Positions 42,207 to 50,752 of a DNA stretch of 64,000 nucleotides are shown one piece after another. Position 1 is the stretch's first letter, and each line of letters begins with the position of its first letter. The DNA is taken from NCBI GenBank assembly GCA_037305845.1, contig CP147778.1, positions 1,280,001 through 1,344,000 of the forward strand. Reading direction: 5' to 3'. A program made the position numbers and the translations under genes. This DNA is from Candidatus Freyarchaeum deiterrae (GTDB lineage Archaea; Asgardarchaeota; Jordiarchaeia; Jordiarchaeales; Jordiarchaeaceae). The notes below the pieces were generated by a model. That model searched no databases. It was not told where the DNA came from and worked only from the letters and a program-made list of their open reading frames with translations.

Positions 42207-43280
42207 ATGCATATGAAGGGTTTACTATTAGCTGGTGGGCATGGGACCCGTTTGAGGCCCCTCACACACACTGGAAATAAGCATATGTTACCCGTAGCGA
42301 ATAAGCCAATCATTATTTACGGGTTAGAACATTTGAGAAACACGGGTATACGGGATATCGGAATAGTTCTGGGACCTATAAAAGAAGGAGTGAAAGAGTT
42401 GATTGGGGATGGTTCCAAGTTTGGTGTTAGAGTTTCCTATATTGAGCAGGATGAACCAAGGGGTTTGGCTCACGCGGTTAAGGTTTCTCAAGATTTCCTT
42501 GGTGAGGATCCTTTTGTAATGTATTTGGGGGATAACCTTCTTAAAAGCGGGATAGAGTCTCTCCTAGACGATTTTAAAAAGACTAATCCAGAGGCGGTTA
42601 TCGCGGTTGCTAAGGTGAGGGATCCTCAAAGGTTTGGAATAGTGGAGATGGAGGGTAATAAGATTGTCCGACTTGTTGAAAAGCCCAAATTTCCAAAAAG
42701 TGACTTGGCTCTCGTCGGCGTGTATCTCTTTCATTCCTCGATTTTTGATGCCATTGAAAAAATTAAGCCGTCTTGGAGGAATGAGCTTGAGATTACCGAC
42801 GCTATACAAGAGCTGATAAACTCCAATTATGATATTCATGTTCATTTTGTTTCCGGCTGGTGGAAAGATACAGGAAAGCCGGAAGATCTTTTAGAAGCTA
42901 ACCAACTTGTTCTAAGTGATATTGAACCAAGAAACGAGGGGGAAATTCACGAAAATGTCATAATACAAGGGAACGTGCAAATTGGTGCAGGTACAATTAT
43001 TCATAAGGGATGCTGTTTGAGAGGGCCAATAATTATCGGAGAAAGATGCGAGATAGGACCTAACACCTACATCGGCCCTTATACCTCCATCGACAATAAT
43101 GTAATCATATGTGGAGGAGAAGTAGAATACTCCATAGTTATGCCCGAGACAAAAATTGTTTGCGAAAAAAGAATTGTTAACAGCATAATAGGAAGAAACG
43201 TGTCCATTATTTCTTCAAATAAGGACATTCCCAGCGGTCACAGGTTAGTTATAGGCGACAACTCTTTTGTGAGCTTGTAA
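42207..43280 (+). CDS. rfbA: Glucose-1-phosphate thymidylyltransferase, long form
   Basis: LAGGHGTRLRPLT, YLGDN, PSWRNELEITDAIQ, WWKDTG, C-terminal beta-helix. Confidence 0.9.
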   Translation: MHMKGLLLAGGHGTRLRPLTHTGNKHMLPVANKPIIIYGLEHLRNTGIRDIGIVLGPIKEGVKELIGDGSKFGVRVSYIEQDEPRGLAHAVKVSQDFLGEDPFVMYLGDNLLKSGIESLLDDFKKTNPEAVIAVAKVRDPQRFGIVEMEGNKIVRLVEKPKFPKSDLALVGVYLFHSSIFDAIEKIKPSWRNELEITDAIQELINSNYDIHVHFVSGWWKDTGKPEDLLEANQLVLSDIEPRNEGEIHENVIIQGNVQIGAGTIIHKGCCLRGPIIIGERCEIGPNTYIGPYTSIDNNVIICGGEVEYSIVMPETKIVCEKRIVNSIIGRNVSIISSNKDIPSGHRLVIGDNSFVSL

Positions 43281-43352
43281 AAAATTAGATGTCTCCTTAT
43301 CCGCTATAGAAAGCTTATTTAGGGGAAAGTCCCGTACTTTAGAAAGTAATAT

Positions 43353-45002
43353 ATGGCGCACGGTGTAACTAAATTGTCCAAAGAGCGGGCTAGAGTTTTT
43401 TCAGGAACTCTATATAATTATCTTACTCTACTACTTTTGGTTTTACTAACTGCTATCAATACTATTGTTATCGCAAATAATATTGGTAACGGTCTTTATG
43501 GAAGTTTTAGTATTGGGACAACTTTGCTTGATTTACTTACGGGTATTAGTTATGTTGGTATGAGCGCTTCGTTGATACGTTTTGTTCCCGATTTTCTTGT
43601 TAGGAAAAAATTTGGCTATGTTAAGACCGCTGTTAGTACTGCAAGTATTGTAATTCTTTTGGCCACTGGGGTACTGTCGGTTATTAGTTTTTTTGCAGCA
43701 CCATATATTGCTAACAATGTTTTTCACAATTATTGGTTAACGCCCGTTCTTCAATTGTTGGTTTTAACTTTTCCTTTGTTAAGTGTTAACATTATTTTTG
43801 GTGCTATTCTGGCTGCTTTTCAGCGATTCGGTATATCTATGGTTATGAGAGTCGTAGATATTTCAGTTTATTTTCTTTTTGCTTTTATTTTTCTTGGACT
43901 TGGGCTTAGTATTGTAGGCGTGATATACGCGTTTGCTATTGGATATGCTTTTTCTGGATTGTTTGGTTTTGCTTTTTCTTTGAAGGAAATAAGGAAGAGG
44001 GCTAAAATAGATAAGGGATTTAAGATTTTCGATTCCCACCTTTTTAGGGAGATGTTTAGTTTTGGTAAGTGGGATTATGGTATGTCTTTTATTAATCTTG
44101 GGTTCACGCGTTTTAATGAGCTTCTTATAGGTGTATTTCTTACAATAGCAACTTTAGGTGTATATGCAATTGGTCAAACATTCGCTTCAATCCTAGGCTA
44201 TATAGGATCTGCTCTTGCGACTACTTTGAATCCCTATCTTTCGGAGTTAACAGCTATTAATATGAAAAAAAGGGTTGTAAATTTGATGAAGACGTCGACA
44301 GGATACTCGTTAATTTTGTCATTATTATTTTCAGCTCCATTAATAGTGTTTTCGTATCAAATATTTGATGCATTCTTTTCCCAGGATTTCCTTTTGGCTG
44401 TGGACCCAGCGAAAATTCTTATTATTGGTTTTGTTGTGTCTAATATTTCTGGACCAGTGGGATCGTATTTCTTTGCTAGAAAGAAACTTTGGGTAAACTT
44501 TTCAATTCTCCTTGTTTCTTTGCTCACGGGAGTTGGGTTGAGCGTTTTACTTATTCCAATTTTTAGTATGTATGGATTAAATCAAGCTATGGGAATGATT
44601 GGAGCTGCGATTGGTCTTGTTTATAGTGGGATGCAAGCTATGGGAATGATTGGAGCTGCGATTGGTCTTGTTTATAGTGGGATGCAAGCTATGGGAATGA
44701 TTGGAGCTGCGATTGGTCTTGTTTTTGGTTGGATAGTTAATGCAGTATTATACGCATTTTTCACCAAGAGGTACTTTAAGATTAATATTTTGGAAAAAAA
44801 ATCTGCGATTTCGGCGGCTTTATTCGTGGGAGGACTTTTGGTTCTTGGTCTTCTCACTAATATTTATTTTGGATTATCTGTTTTGGGTTTAGTTATATTT
44901 GAAGTTGCTGTAGTGTTTGTATATAGGCGTGAGTTGCGGAGCATTGCCAAAACTGCTGAGGCCTATTTGTTACCCTCGCAGAAAAAAGTAACCAGTAAAT
45001 AG
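43353..45002 (+). CDS. Oligosaccharide flippase (MOP/Wzx family) with an internal tandem repeat
   Basis: Multiple TM segments, IGNGLYGSF, LIRFVP, LGVYAIG, LLIPIF..GMIGAAIG. Confidence 0.85.
   Translation: MAHGVTKLSKERARVFSGTLYNYLTLLLLVLLTAINTIVIANNIGNGLYGSFSIGTTLLDLLTGISYVGMSASLIRFVPDFLVRKKFGYVKTAVSTASIVILLATGVLSVISFFAAPYIANNVFHNYWLTPVLQLLVLTFPLLSVNIIFGAILAAFQRFGISMVMRVVDISVYFLFAFIFLGLGLSIVGVIYAFAIGYAFSGLFGFAFSLKEIRKRAKIDKGFKIFDSHLFREMFSFGKWDYGMSFINLGFTRFNELLIGVFLTIATLGVYAIGQTFASILGYIGSALATTLNPYLSELTAINMKKRVVNLMKTSTGYSLILSLLFSAPLIVFSYQIFDAFFSQDFLLAVDPAKILIIGFVVSNISGPVGSYFFARKKLWVNFSILLVSLLTGVGLSVLLIPIFSMYGLNQAMGMIGAAIGLVYSGMQAMGMIGAAIGLVYSGMQAMGMIGAAIGLVFGWIVNAVLYAFFTKRYFKINILEKKSAISAALFVGGLLVLGLLTNIYFGLSVLGLVIFEVAVVFVYRRELRSIAKTAEAYLLPSQKKVTSK
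44583..44724 (+). repeat. Perfect in-frame 51-bp tandem repeat, 2.8 copies
   Basis: caagctatgggaatgattggagctgcgattggtcttgtttatagtgggatg at 44583 and 44634; first 40 bp again at 44685. Confidence 0.95.
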
Positions 45003-45159
45003 GGAAGTATGAAGGTAGTCACTTTTTATGGGTTTTCTAATTCCATTATTAATGTCTTCTAGAGGAGCTATTTAAAAAATTCTAAAAAGTAATATATGCA
45101 ACTCGATAATTCACAGTCAGTGATAAATCGGAAACTGAGCATTACATGGAGAGATTTTA

Positions 45160-46305
45160 ATGAATGTTTCCATTGTAGTTCCACACTTTGAATTGTTTGT
45201 GGCGAGCAATGAATACGGGCTTGCTAAGAGCCTAGCGGAGTTGGGGCATAAGGTTAACATTATTACCACGAGCCAAAAATCCGCCCGTGAGCCAATGGAT
45301 ATAAAAAAATTTCAAGAATCTGTTCACCTTAACTTTAAAGTAAATTATGTTCCAAGTTTAATAGATTTCTTCTGGCGAGAAAACCCTATTGTTTACGGAA
45401 TATCTGAGTACATTGGAGAAAGTGATGTGGTATTATTGCAAGAGGACTACAACTTCATTTGCCACAAGGCTTTTCATGAATGCAAGAATAAAAAGATTCC
45501 TACTACTCTTTCGATTGAACGCATCAACTTACCTAAAAATTTTTTAAGACGAAAATTTTACAAGCTGTTTGATTTGGCTACAAACAAGAAACTGCGAGAA
45601 GGTGTTGCTGCTATTACTGCTCATAGCACAGCCACTAAAAAATTCTGGATCAATGAGTTGAGGGTTAAAAGGAACATTGAAGTGATACAAGTGGGGGTTG
45701 ATACACGAATATTCCAACCCAAAAAAGTAGAGAAATTAGACCTCAATGAGGGAAAGTTCAAGATACTAACTGTGGCTCGCGTGAAGCCGTTTAAGGGGTT
45801 GAGGTACCTAATAGGAGCGATGGTGTACGTTTCCAAGAGAGTTTCTGGTGTCAGATGCTATATTCTGGGTAAGGGTCCGGAGAGAGGAAAGCTTGAAAAA
45901 CTTGTTAATGAGCTGCAGTTGAACCGTGTTGTCAGCTTTATCGATAAATCGATTCCAAACCTGCAGATGCCAGAGTTCTACTCGCAGTGTGATCTCTATG
46001 TTCAGCCGAGTATTATTGAACCCTTTGGTATAGCCGTGCTGGAGGCTATGGCGTGTGGAAAACCTGTGGTCGGAACCAATGTTGGTGGTATGCTGGACAC
46101 TATCGATGATGGTACAAGTGGGTATCGTGTGGAACCAATGAATTCCAGAGAATTAGGGGAAAAAATTACCAAGCTGCTTCTTGACCCAGAAAAAATGGAG
46201 GAAATGGGTAAAAACGCCAGAGAGCGTGCTAAAAAATTTGATTGGAAGATAATCGGGCAAAGGTATAACAAATTGATAGAAAGGGTAGTTCAGAAAGAGG
46301 TATAA
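45160..46305 (+). CDS. GT4 glycosyltransferase (paralogue B)
   Basis: VARVKPFKGLRYLI, QPSIIEPFGIAVLEAMACG; inverted duplicate of 14012-15157. Confidence 0.92.
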   Translation: MNVSIVVPHFELFVASNEYGLAKSLAELGHKVNIITTSQKSAREPMDIKKFQESVHLNFKVNYVPSLIDFFWRENPIVYGISEYIGESDVVLLQEDYNFICHKAFHECKNKKIPTTLSIERINLPKNFLRRKFYKLFDLATNKKLREGVAAITAHSTATKKFWINELRVKRNIEVIQVGVDTRIFQPKKVEKLDLNEGKFKILTVARVKPFKGLRYLIGAMVYVSKRVSGVRCYILGKGPERGKLEKLVNELQLNRVVSFIDKSIPNLQMPEFYSQCDLYVQPSIIEPFGIAVLEAMACGKPVVGTNVGGMLDTIDDGTSGYRVEPMNSRELGEKITKLLLDPEKMEEMGKNARERAKKFDWKIIGQRYNKLIERVVQKEV

Positions 46306-46638
46306 AAGGTCCTAGTGGAGAGGGAAATGCAGCGATTTTTTTACAAGCTCACAAAAGAACCGCTGCCTATAAAAAAGGTAGCTTGAATTCACTTATTATT
46401 TAATTATTGATAAAAACAGTTTACTGCTTTCAGGTTAGAATATATCAATTAGAAGGGAAACCGATTTGTGCCTCATTTAGAGGCGCACGAAACGAAGATA
46501 AAAAAATTACATGATATGACTTTTTATCCCATAATGCTTAAAAATAGAAAAGTTAGTATAAATAAAACAGCAAAAGTGGAAAACCGTATCCGAGAAAACA
46601 AGCGTTAAATGTTTTATTGCGAAGCATGACAAGCTAGA

Positions 46639-46821
46639 GCCGGGGTAGTCTAGGATCACGTAGCCGTAGAATCGCGTGGTGGATAGCGGCGAGGCGCCGG
46701 ACAGTTTTTGCCCGGAATGCAGATTCGGTATTTCCGGCTTGGATTTAAGCTTGGGCCGAAACCAGGGTTCAAAATCTTTGGAGCTTTGCCTCCAGTGAGG
46801 AATTTCCCTGCCCCGGCTCCA
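46639..46821 (+). tRNA. tRNA-Cys(GCA) with four introns (46654-46686, 46703-46717, 46732-46760, 46774-46804)
   Basis: Spliced 75-mer GCCGGGG TA GTCT AGCGGCG AGGC G CCGGA CTGCAGA TTCGG TATAC CAGGG TTCAAAT CCCTG CCCCGGC T CCA folds into a full cloverleaf with U73, G37, G15:C48 and encoded CCA. Confidence 0.92.
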
Positions 46822-46993
46822 AATAAACCATCAAAAAATTTGAAGTGGAATCCAAAAATTTTAATTGTGTTAATAGGATTTAGAAACAAAATCTAATTGG
46901 AACCGGAATGGGGAAGCGATAGGTAATTATGATTATTAATAGAGATTACTTTAGATGTTATAGCGTAACTAGCTTTTGGCATAATCTGAACTA

Positions 46994-47641
46994 TTGAAGG
47001 ATAGGTTGGTGAGTGGACTGGTGAATTTTGGAAGAGAGGATATCGTTAGAATTAACAGTGCTCTTGACGCCTTAGTTGCTATTTTATGTGAAGTTAGAGC
47101 CTTCGTGCCGAGTTATAATTTCGATTCTGCGGCCGAAGAGGACATCAGAAAACTTCTAAAAACGGTACAGGACGCCCTAAACGTGACAATGGGGAAATTA
47201 GGCTTGGAACAGCCGCAAGAGAGGGAGAGGATTGAATTTAAAACAATTGATTTCACAGGTATTCTTTTCATTACTGTTTCCTCATCTACGAGGAGAAAGC
47301 TTTTGGATTTGGGAGTTGATCCTAAATTCGTTGTGGTAACTGGTGGACCTTTGAATGCGATGGATGTTAAGAGTTTGAATCCTAGCATTCCTGAAGAGGC
47401 TCTTGAGACAGTTAGAAGGAAGGTGGAGGGAGTTTGGCGGGACATAGAGAAGAGGGCGCCTGAGGCGAATAAGATTCTGGTTCTTGCTGAGAGGGATAAT
47501 AAAGGTGATTTAATGGTCTCTGAAAGATCGGGGGAGATTCAGAAAAGAACAGGTTTGAAGACTTTTGTTAAGGCCTTTTCTAGCCTTCAGGATTTGTCAG
47601 GAGAATTTTTTGAAGAATTTTTGGGTGATGTTAATGTTTGA
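46994..47641 (+). CDS. SepCysE-like translation factor (DUF2100 family); start may be GTG 47021
   Basis: VVTGGPLNAMDVKSLNPSIPEEAL..VRRKVE pattern recalled from DUF2100; ~210 aa; overlaps the SepCysS start and follows tRNA-Cys. Confidence 0.72.
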   Translation: MKDRLVSGLVNFGREDIVRINSALDALVAILCEVRAFVPSYNFDSAAEEDIRKLLKTVQDALNVTMGKLGLEQPQERERIEFKTIDFTGILFITVSSSTRRKLLDLGVDPKFVVVTGGPLNAMDVKSLNPSIPEEALETVRRKVEGVWRDIEKRAPEANKILVLAERDNKGDLMVSERSGEIQKRTGLKTFVKAFSSLQDLSGEFFEEFLGDVNV

Positions 47642-48833
47642 TGAAAGGGTATTAGAGAAATATAAGAACTTGACTCGAGGTGTCGAGGAGAATCTGATAA
47701 ATCTTCATCCTATTCAATCCGGAGGAAGAGCTGGTGATTACCCAGGTGTTGTTCAGGCTGTTTTGAGGTTTGTTGATGGTTATAGTGTCTGTGATTTTTG
47801 CATGAAAGGAAGATTAGACCTTGTGGAGTCTCCTCCGCTCTGCGATTTTCATAATGACATCGCCGCGTTTTTGGATATGGATAAAGCTAGACTTTTCCCG
47901 GGTTGCCGCCAGGCTCAATACGCCACATTCCACGCATTGGTTAAACCTGAGGATACCATTATTATAGATTCCTTAGCGCATTACAGCACCTATCTGAGTG
48001 CTGAGCGGGTTGGGGCAAATATTGTTGAGGTTCCTCATTCGGGACCTCCAGAGTTTGATCTTTTTTTGGATGCTTACACTGAGAAGATTGAGGAGATTAA
48101 GAAAGAAACCGGTAAATGGCCGGCTTTGGCATTTTTGACACATGTTGATTATAACTATGGGAATGTTTTTGATGCAAAAAATGTGGGAAAGATTTTACAT
48201 GATTACGGTATTCCTTTTGTTTTGAACGGTGCCTATACTATTGGGCGAATGCCAGTCTCTGGTAAAGACTTGGGCGCTGATGTTTTGACAGCCTCACTAC
48301 ACAAATCTTTTGCTTCCCCAGCACCCTCTGGGCTTCTACTAGCTAATGAGGGCTATACTGACGTGGTTTTCAAAAACTCATCAATCAGGGGGCCTTGGAG
48401 CGGTAGGAATTTTGGGAATAAAGAAGTTGAAACTCTGGGATGCACTTTGCCAGGTTGTGTAGCCGTTGGAGTCATGGCAGCTTTTCCGTATGTTGCAGAG
48501 CGTATTAAGCATTGGGATGAGGAGGTTAAGAAGGCAAGATACTTCATAGAACAGTTAGAGAGAATAAAGGGTATCAAGCAGCTTGGACAGCGCCCGCACA
48601 ACCATGATCTGATACACTTTGAAAGTGAATCATTCTTTGAGATATCAAAGAACCATCCTCGAAAAGGCTTCTTTCTTTACGAAGAACTGAGGGAAAGAGG
48701 TGTAACAGGAGTACAACCAGGCTTATCAACGGCCTTCAAAGTGTCAACTTATGGAAAAACATGGGATCAGATTAAACTAGCAACGGAAGCCTTCTTGAAC
48801 ATCGCTCAAAAACATAATATTCCAACATATTGA
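47634..48833 (+). CDS. pscS: O-phosphoseryl-tRNA:Cys-tRNA synthase (SepCysS)
   Basis: INLHPIQSGG, DGYSVCDFC, AHYSTY, HVDYNYGN, LNGAY, SLHKS (PLP Lys), LGCT; ATG 47634 after GGTGA. Confidence 0.95.
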   Translation: MFDERVLEKYKNLTRGVEENLINLHPIQSGGRAGDYPGVVQAVLRFVDGYSVCDFCMKGRLDLVESPPLCDFHNDIAAFLDMDKARLFPGCRQAQYATFHALVKPEDTIIIDSLAHYSTYLSAERVGANIVEVPHSGPPEFDLFLDAYTEKIEEIKKETGKWPALAFLTHVDYNYGNVFDAKNVGKILHDYGIPFVLNGAYTIGRMPVSGKDLGADVLTASLHKSFASPAPSGLLLANEGYTDVVFKNSSIRGPWSGRNFGNKEVETLGCTLPGCVAVGVMAAFPYVAERIKHWDEEVKKARYFIEQLERIKGIKQLGQRPHNHDLIHFESESFFEISKNHPRKGFFLYEELRERGVTGVQPGLSTAFKVSTYGKTWDQIKLATEAFLNIAQKHNIPTY

Positions 48834-48928
48834 AAATGCGAAATTATTGAATAAGTAAAAGGTGTAAAAAGCCTACCATCTACGAAACTAGGGAATTTAC
48901 TAAATAGTTATTTTTCGTGGTTGAGGGT

Positions 48929-49342
48929 TTAGATTTTGTATTTTTCTCGGTATTGGGATAACATGTTTTGGATTTCGTTGTTTTGTTGAACGCTTCCTCG
49001 GAGAATGTCAAACACCTTATCTATTTTAACTCCTCCGATATTATGTCTAATTTTTAGATTTGATTTCATGTCTTGGAAGGAAGCTTTCCCTTGCAAGAGG
49101 TCGAGATATGAGCTAAGAGGTGCTACGTATTCAGCCTGATAGTCCGGTATTTTGCAAGGTGTTATAGAAATCTTTCCTTTTCCGAGAATTAGGGTAAATT
49201 CCATTTCACTATTTTGTTCTGGAATCGCTGTGATTTTCTCGTAAATCTTGATTTTTGGTATGACCTCAAGAAATTCTGAATTTTTCTTTTCACAGGGTAT
49301 TGTTCTTTCGAATATGTGTTTGAAGATGTTTAATAAATCCAT
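48929..49342 (-). CDS. Hypothetical protein, possibly SCP2 sterol/lipid-binding-like fold
   Basis: FTLILGKGKISIT...YLDLLQGKASF..LKI pattern resembles SCP2. Confidence 0.4.
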   Translation of the reverse strand: MDLLNIFKHIFERTIPCEKKNSEFLEVIPKIKIYEKITAIPEQNSEMEFTLILGKGKISITPCKIPDYQAEYVAPLSSYLDLLQGKASFQDMKSNLKIRHNIGGVKIDKVFDILRGSVQQNNEIQNMLSQYREKYKI

Positions 49343-49474
49343 AGGCTCAACCCGTATTTAATTCTCTATTTAGGGGAATGTCGTATTTTTAGTATTTAAA
49401 TTTGTTCTTTAAGATTTCCAAATTACTTTTAAAAAATTTATTTTAATAATAAATTCTTATTTAAAAAGATGAGG

Positions 49475-50752
49475 TTATGTTGCTTTTTCAGTTACCTTTC
49501 TAACTATATCCAAGAATTCACTCTTGTAAATTCCTGTGTGAAGCGTTCTCATTTTTTGTTTTACATCCATAAAACGGGCACGAACAATCTCTTTACTTTG
49601 CATCTCCTGTCTTTTCTTTAATTCATTAACTATCTCCCTCAGCTGGTCATCCGTAACTTCTATTCCATCTGACTGAAGTAAATAGCTTACAGAATGTTTA
49701 CCTGATTTTTTTCCGAGGAACACTTCGGTTTGCCGCCCTATGAGTTCTGGTGAGAACGGTTCGTAGGTTTGCTTATTTCTCATAAGTGCGTAAACGTGAA
49801 TTCCACTCTCATGTCTGAAACTGTTATCCCCTACAAGAGGCTTATGCGCGGAGAGTGGCAGTCCAAATGTTCTTTCGAATTTTTGAGAGACTTCGTAAAT
49901 TCGATCTAACTTTATGCCTGTATCAACTTTATACAGTAATTCTAGTGATACAACAACCTCTTCAAAGGCCGCGTTTCCACCCCGTTCTCCATATCCATTT
50001 ACACAGGTGTGAGGATAGACGACGCCTTCTTCAACGCCAGCAAGGGTGTTTGCCGTTGCCAATCCAAAATCATTATGGCAGTGAACAGAAAGGGGGATTT
50101 CCCTGTTGAATCTGACTTTTAATTCGTCTCTAATTCTGGACACAAGGTATTTCATAGATGCCGGACGCATAATGCCCAAGGTATCAGCTAATGCAATCTT
50201 GTCGGAGCCTACACTTACAGCAGCTTCACAAATTTTCATCAGCTCATCAAAATAAGCTCGAGTAGCATCCTCTGCGATGAAGTCCACAACCACACCATGA
50301 TCCTTTGCATAGGTTATGGCGTCAACCAGCATTTCGGTAGCTTCATCTACAGTTTTTCTTATTGAGTATTCTAGCAGAATCCTGCTGGTAGACATGAAAA
50401 TTGGGATTTCTTCAACATCACAATCCAGACACGCATCTATATCAGATCTCACCGGTCTCGCGGCAGCAGCAATCTTTGCGTTTACAAGGTTTTCTCTAGA
50501 AAGAGCCCTAACAACACTCTTTTCAGATTCGGATACTGCAGGATAACTCGGAACAATTACCTTAACGCCAATCTCATCTAATAGTTTGGAGAGTTCAACC
50601 TTCTCATCCACTGTTAGGAAAGTGCCTGGAGTTTGTTCACCGTCTCGCATGGTTTCGTCCCAAATAGCTACCTTTTTTGGCAAGTGTTTAGGTACTGTTT
50701 CTTGAACCTTATTGTAATCCATTATCAAATTTTCAGACGGTTCTAAAACCAT
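49475..50752 (-). CDS. Homocitrate/isopropylmalate/citramalate synthase family (DRE-TIM), no C-terminal regulatory domain
   Basis: DETMRDGEQTPG, HCHNDFGLATAN, NGYGERGGNA, HESGIH, LGKKSG. Confidence 0.92.
   Translation of the reverse strand: MVLEPSENLIMDYNKVQETVPKHLPKKVAIWDETMRDGEQTPGTFLTVDEKVELSKLLDEIGVKVIVPSYPAVSESEKSVVRALSRENLVNAKIAAAARPVRSDIDACLDCDVEEIPIFMSTSRILLEYSIRKTVDEATEMLVDAITYAKDHGVVVDFIAEDATRAYFDELMKICEAAVSVGSDKIALADTLGIMRPASMKYLVSRIRDELKVRFNREIPLSVHCHNDFGLATANTLAGVEEGVVYPHTCVNGYGERGGNAAFEEVVVSLELLYKVDTGIKLDRIYEVSQKFERTFGLPLSAHKPLVGDNSFRHESGIHVYALMRNKQTYEPFSPELIGRQTEVFLGKKSGKHSVSYLLQSDGIEVTDDQLREIVNELKKRQEMQSKEIVRARFMDVKQKMRTLHTGIYKSEFLDIVRKVTEKAT

Noticed and set aside
44583-44724. 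Direct repeats considered as a CRISPR array
   Set aside because: The units are contiguous, in frame within a CDS, with no unique spacers and no cas genes
46731-46761. Alternative register for intron 3 (helix TCGG/CCGA, 31 nt)
   Set aside because: It leaves a 3-nt variable region; the CGGT/GCCG register gives the normal 5 nt (TATAC)
46639-46821. tRNA-Sec or another long structured RNA as the explanation of this GC-rich patch
   Set aside because: The 7-bp acceptor stem, GCA anticodon, U73 and four excisable BHB-flanked inserts give a standard tRNA-Cys, and the adjacent pscS agrees
45082-46821. tRNA-Cys as integration site of the glycan region
   Set aside because: No integrase and no duplicated tRNA end seen in the window
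46656-46896. Short ORFs 46656-46889 (-) and 46708-46896 (+)
   Set aside because: They overlap the intron-split tRNA-Cys and have no protein motifs
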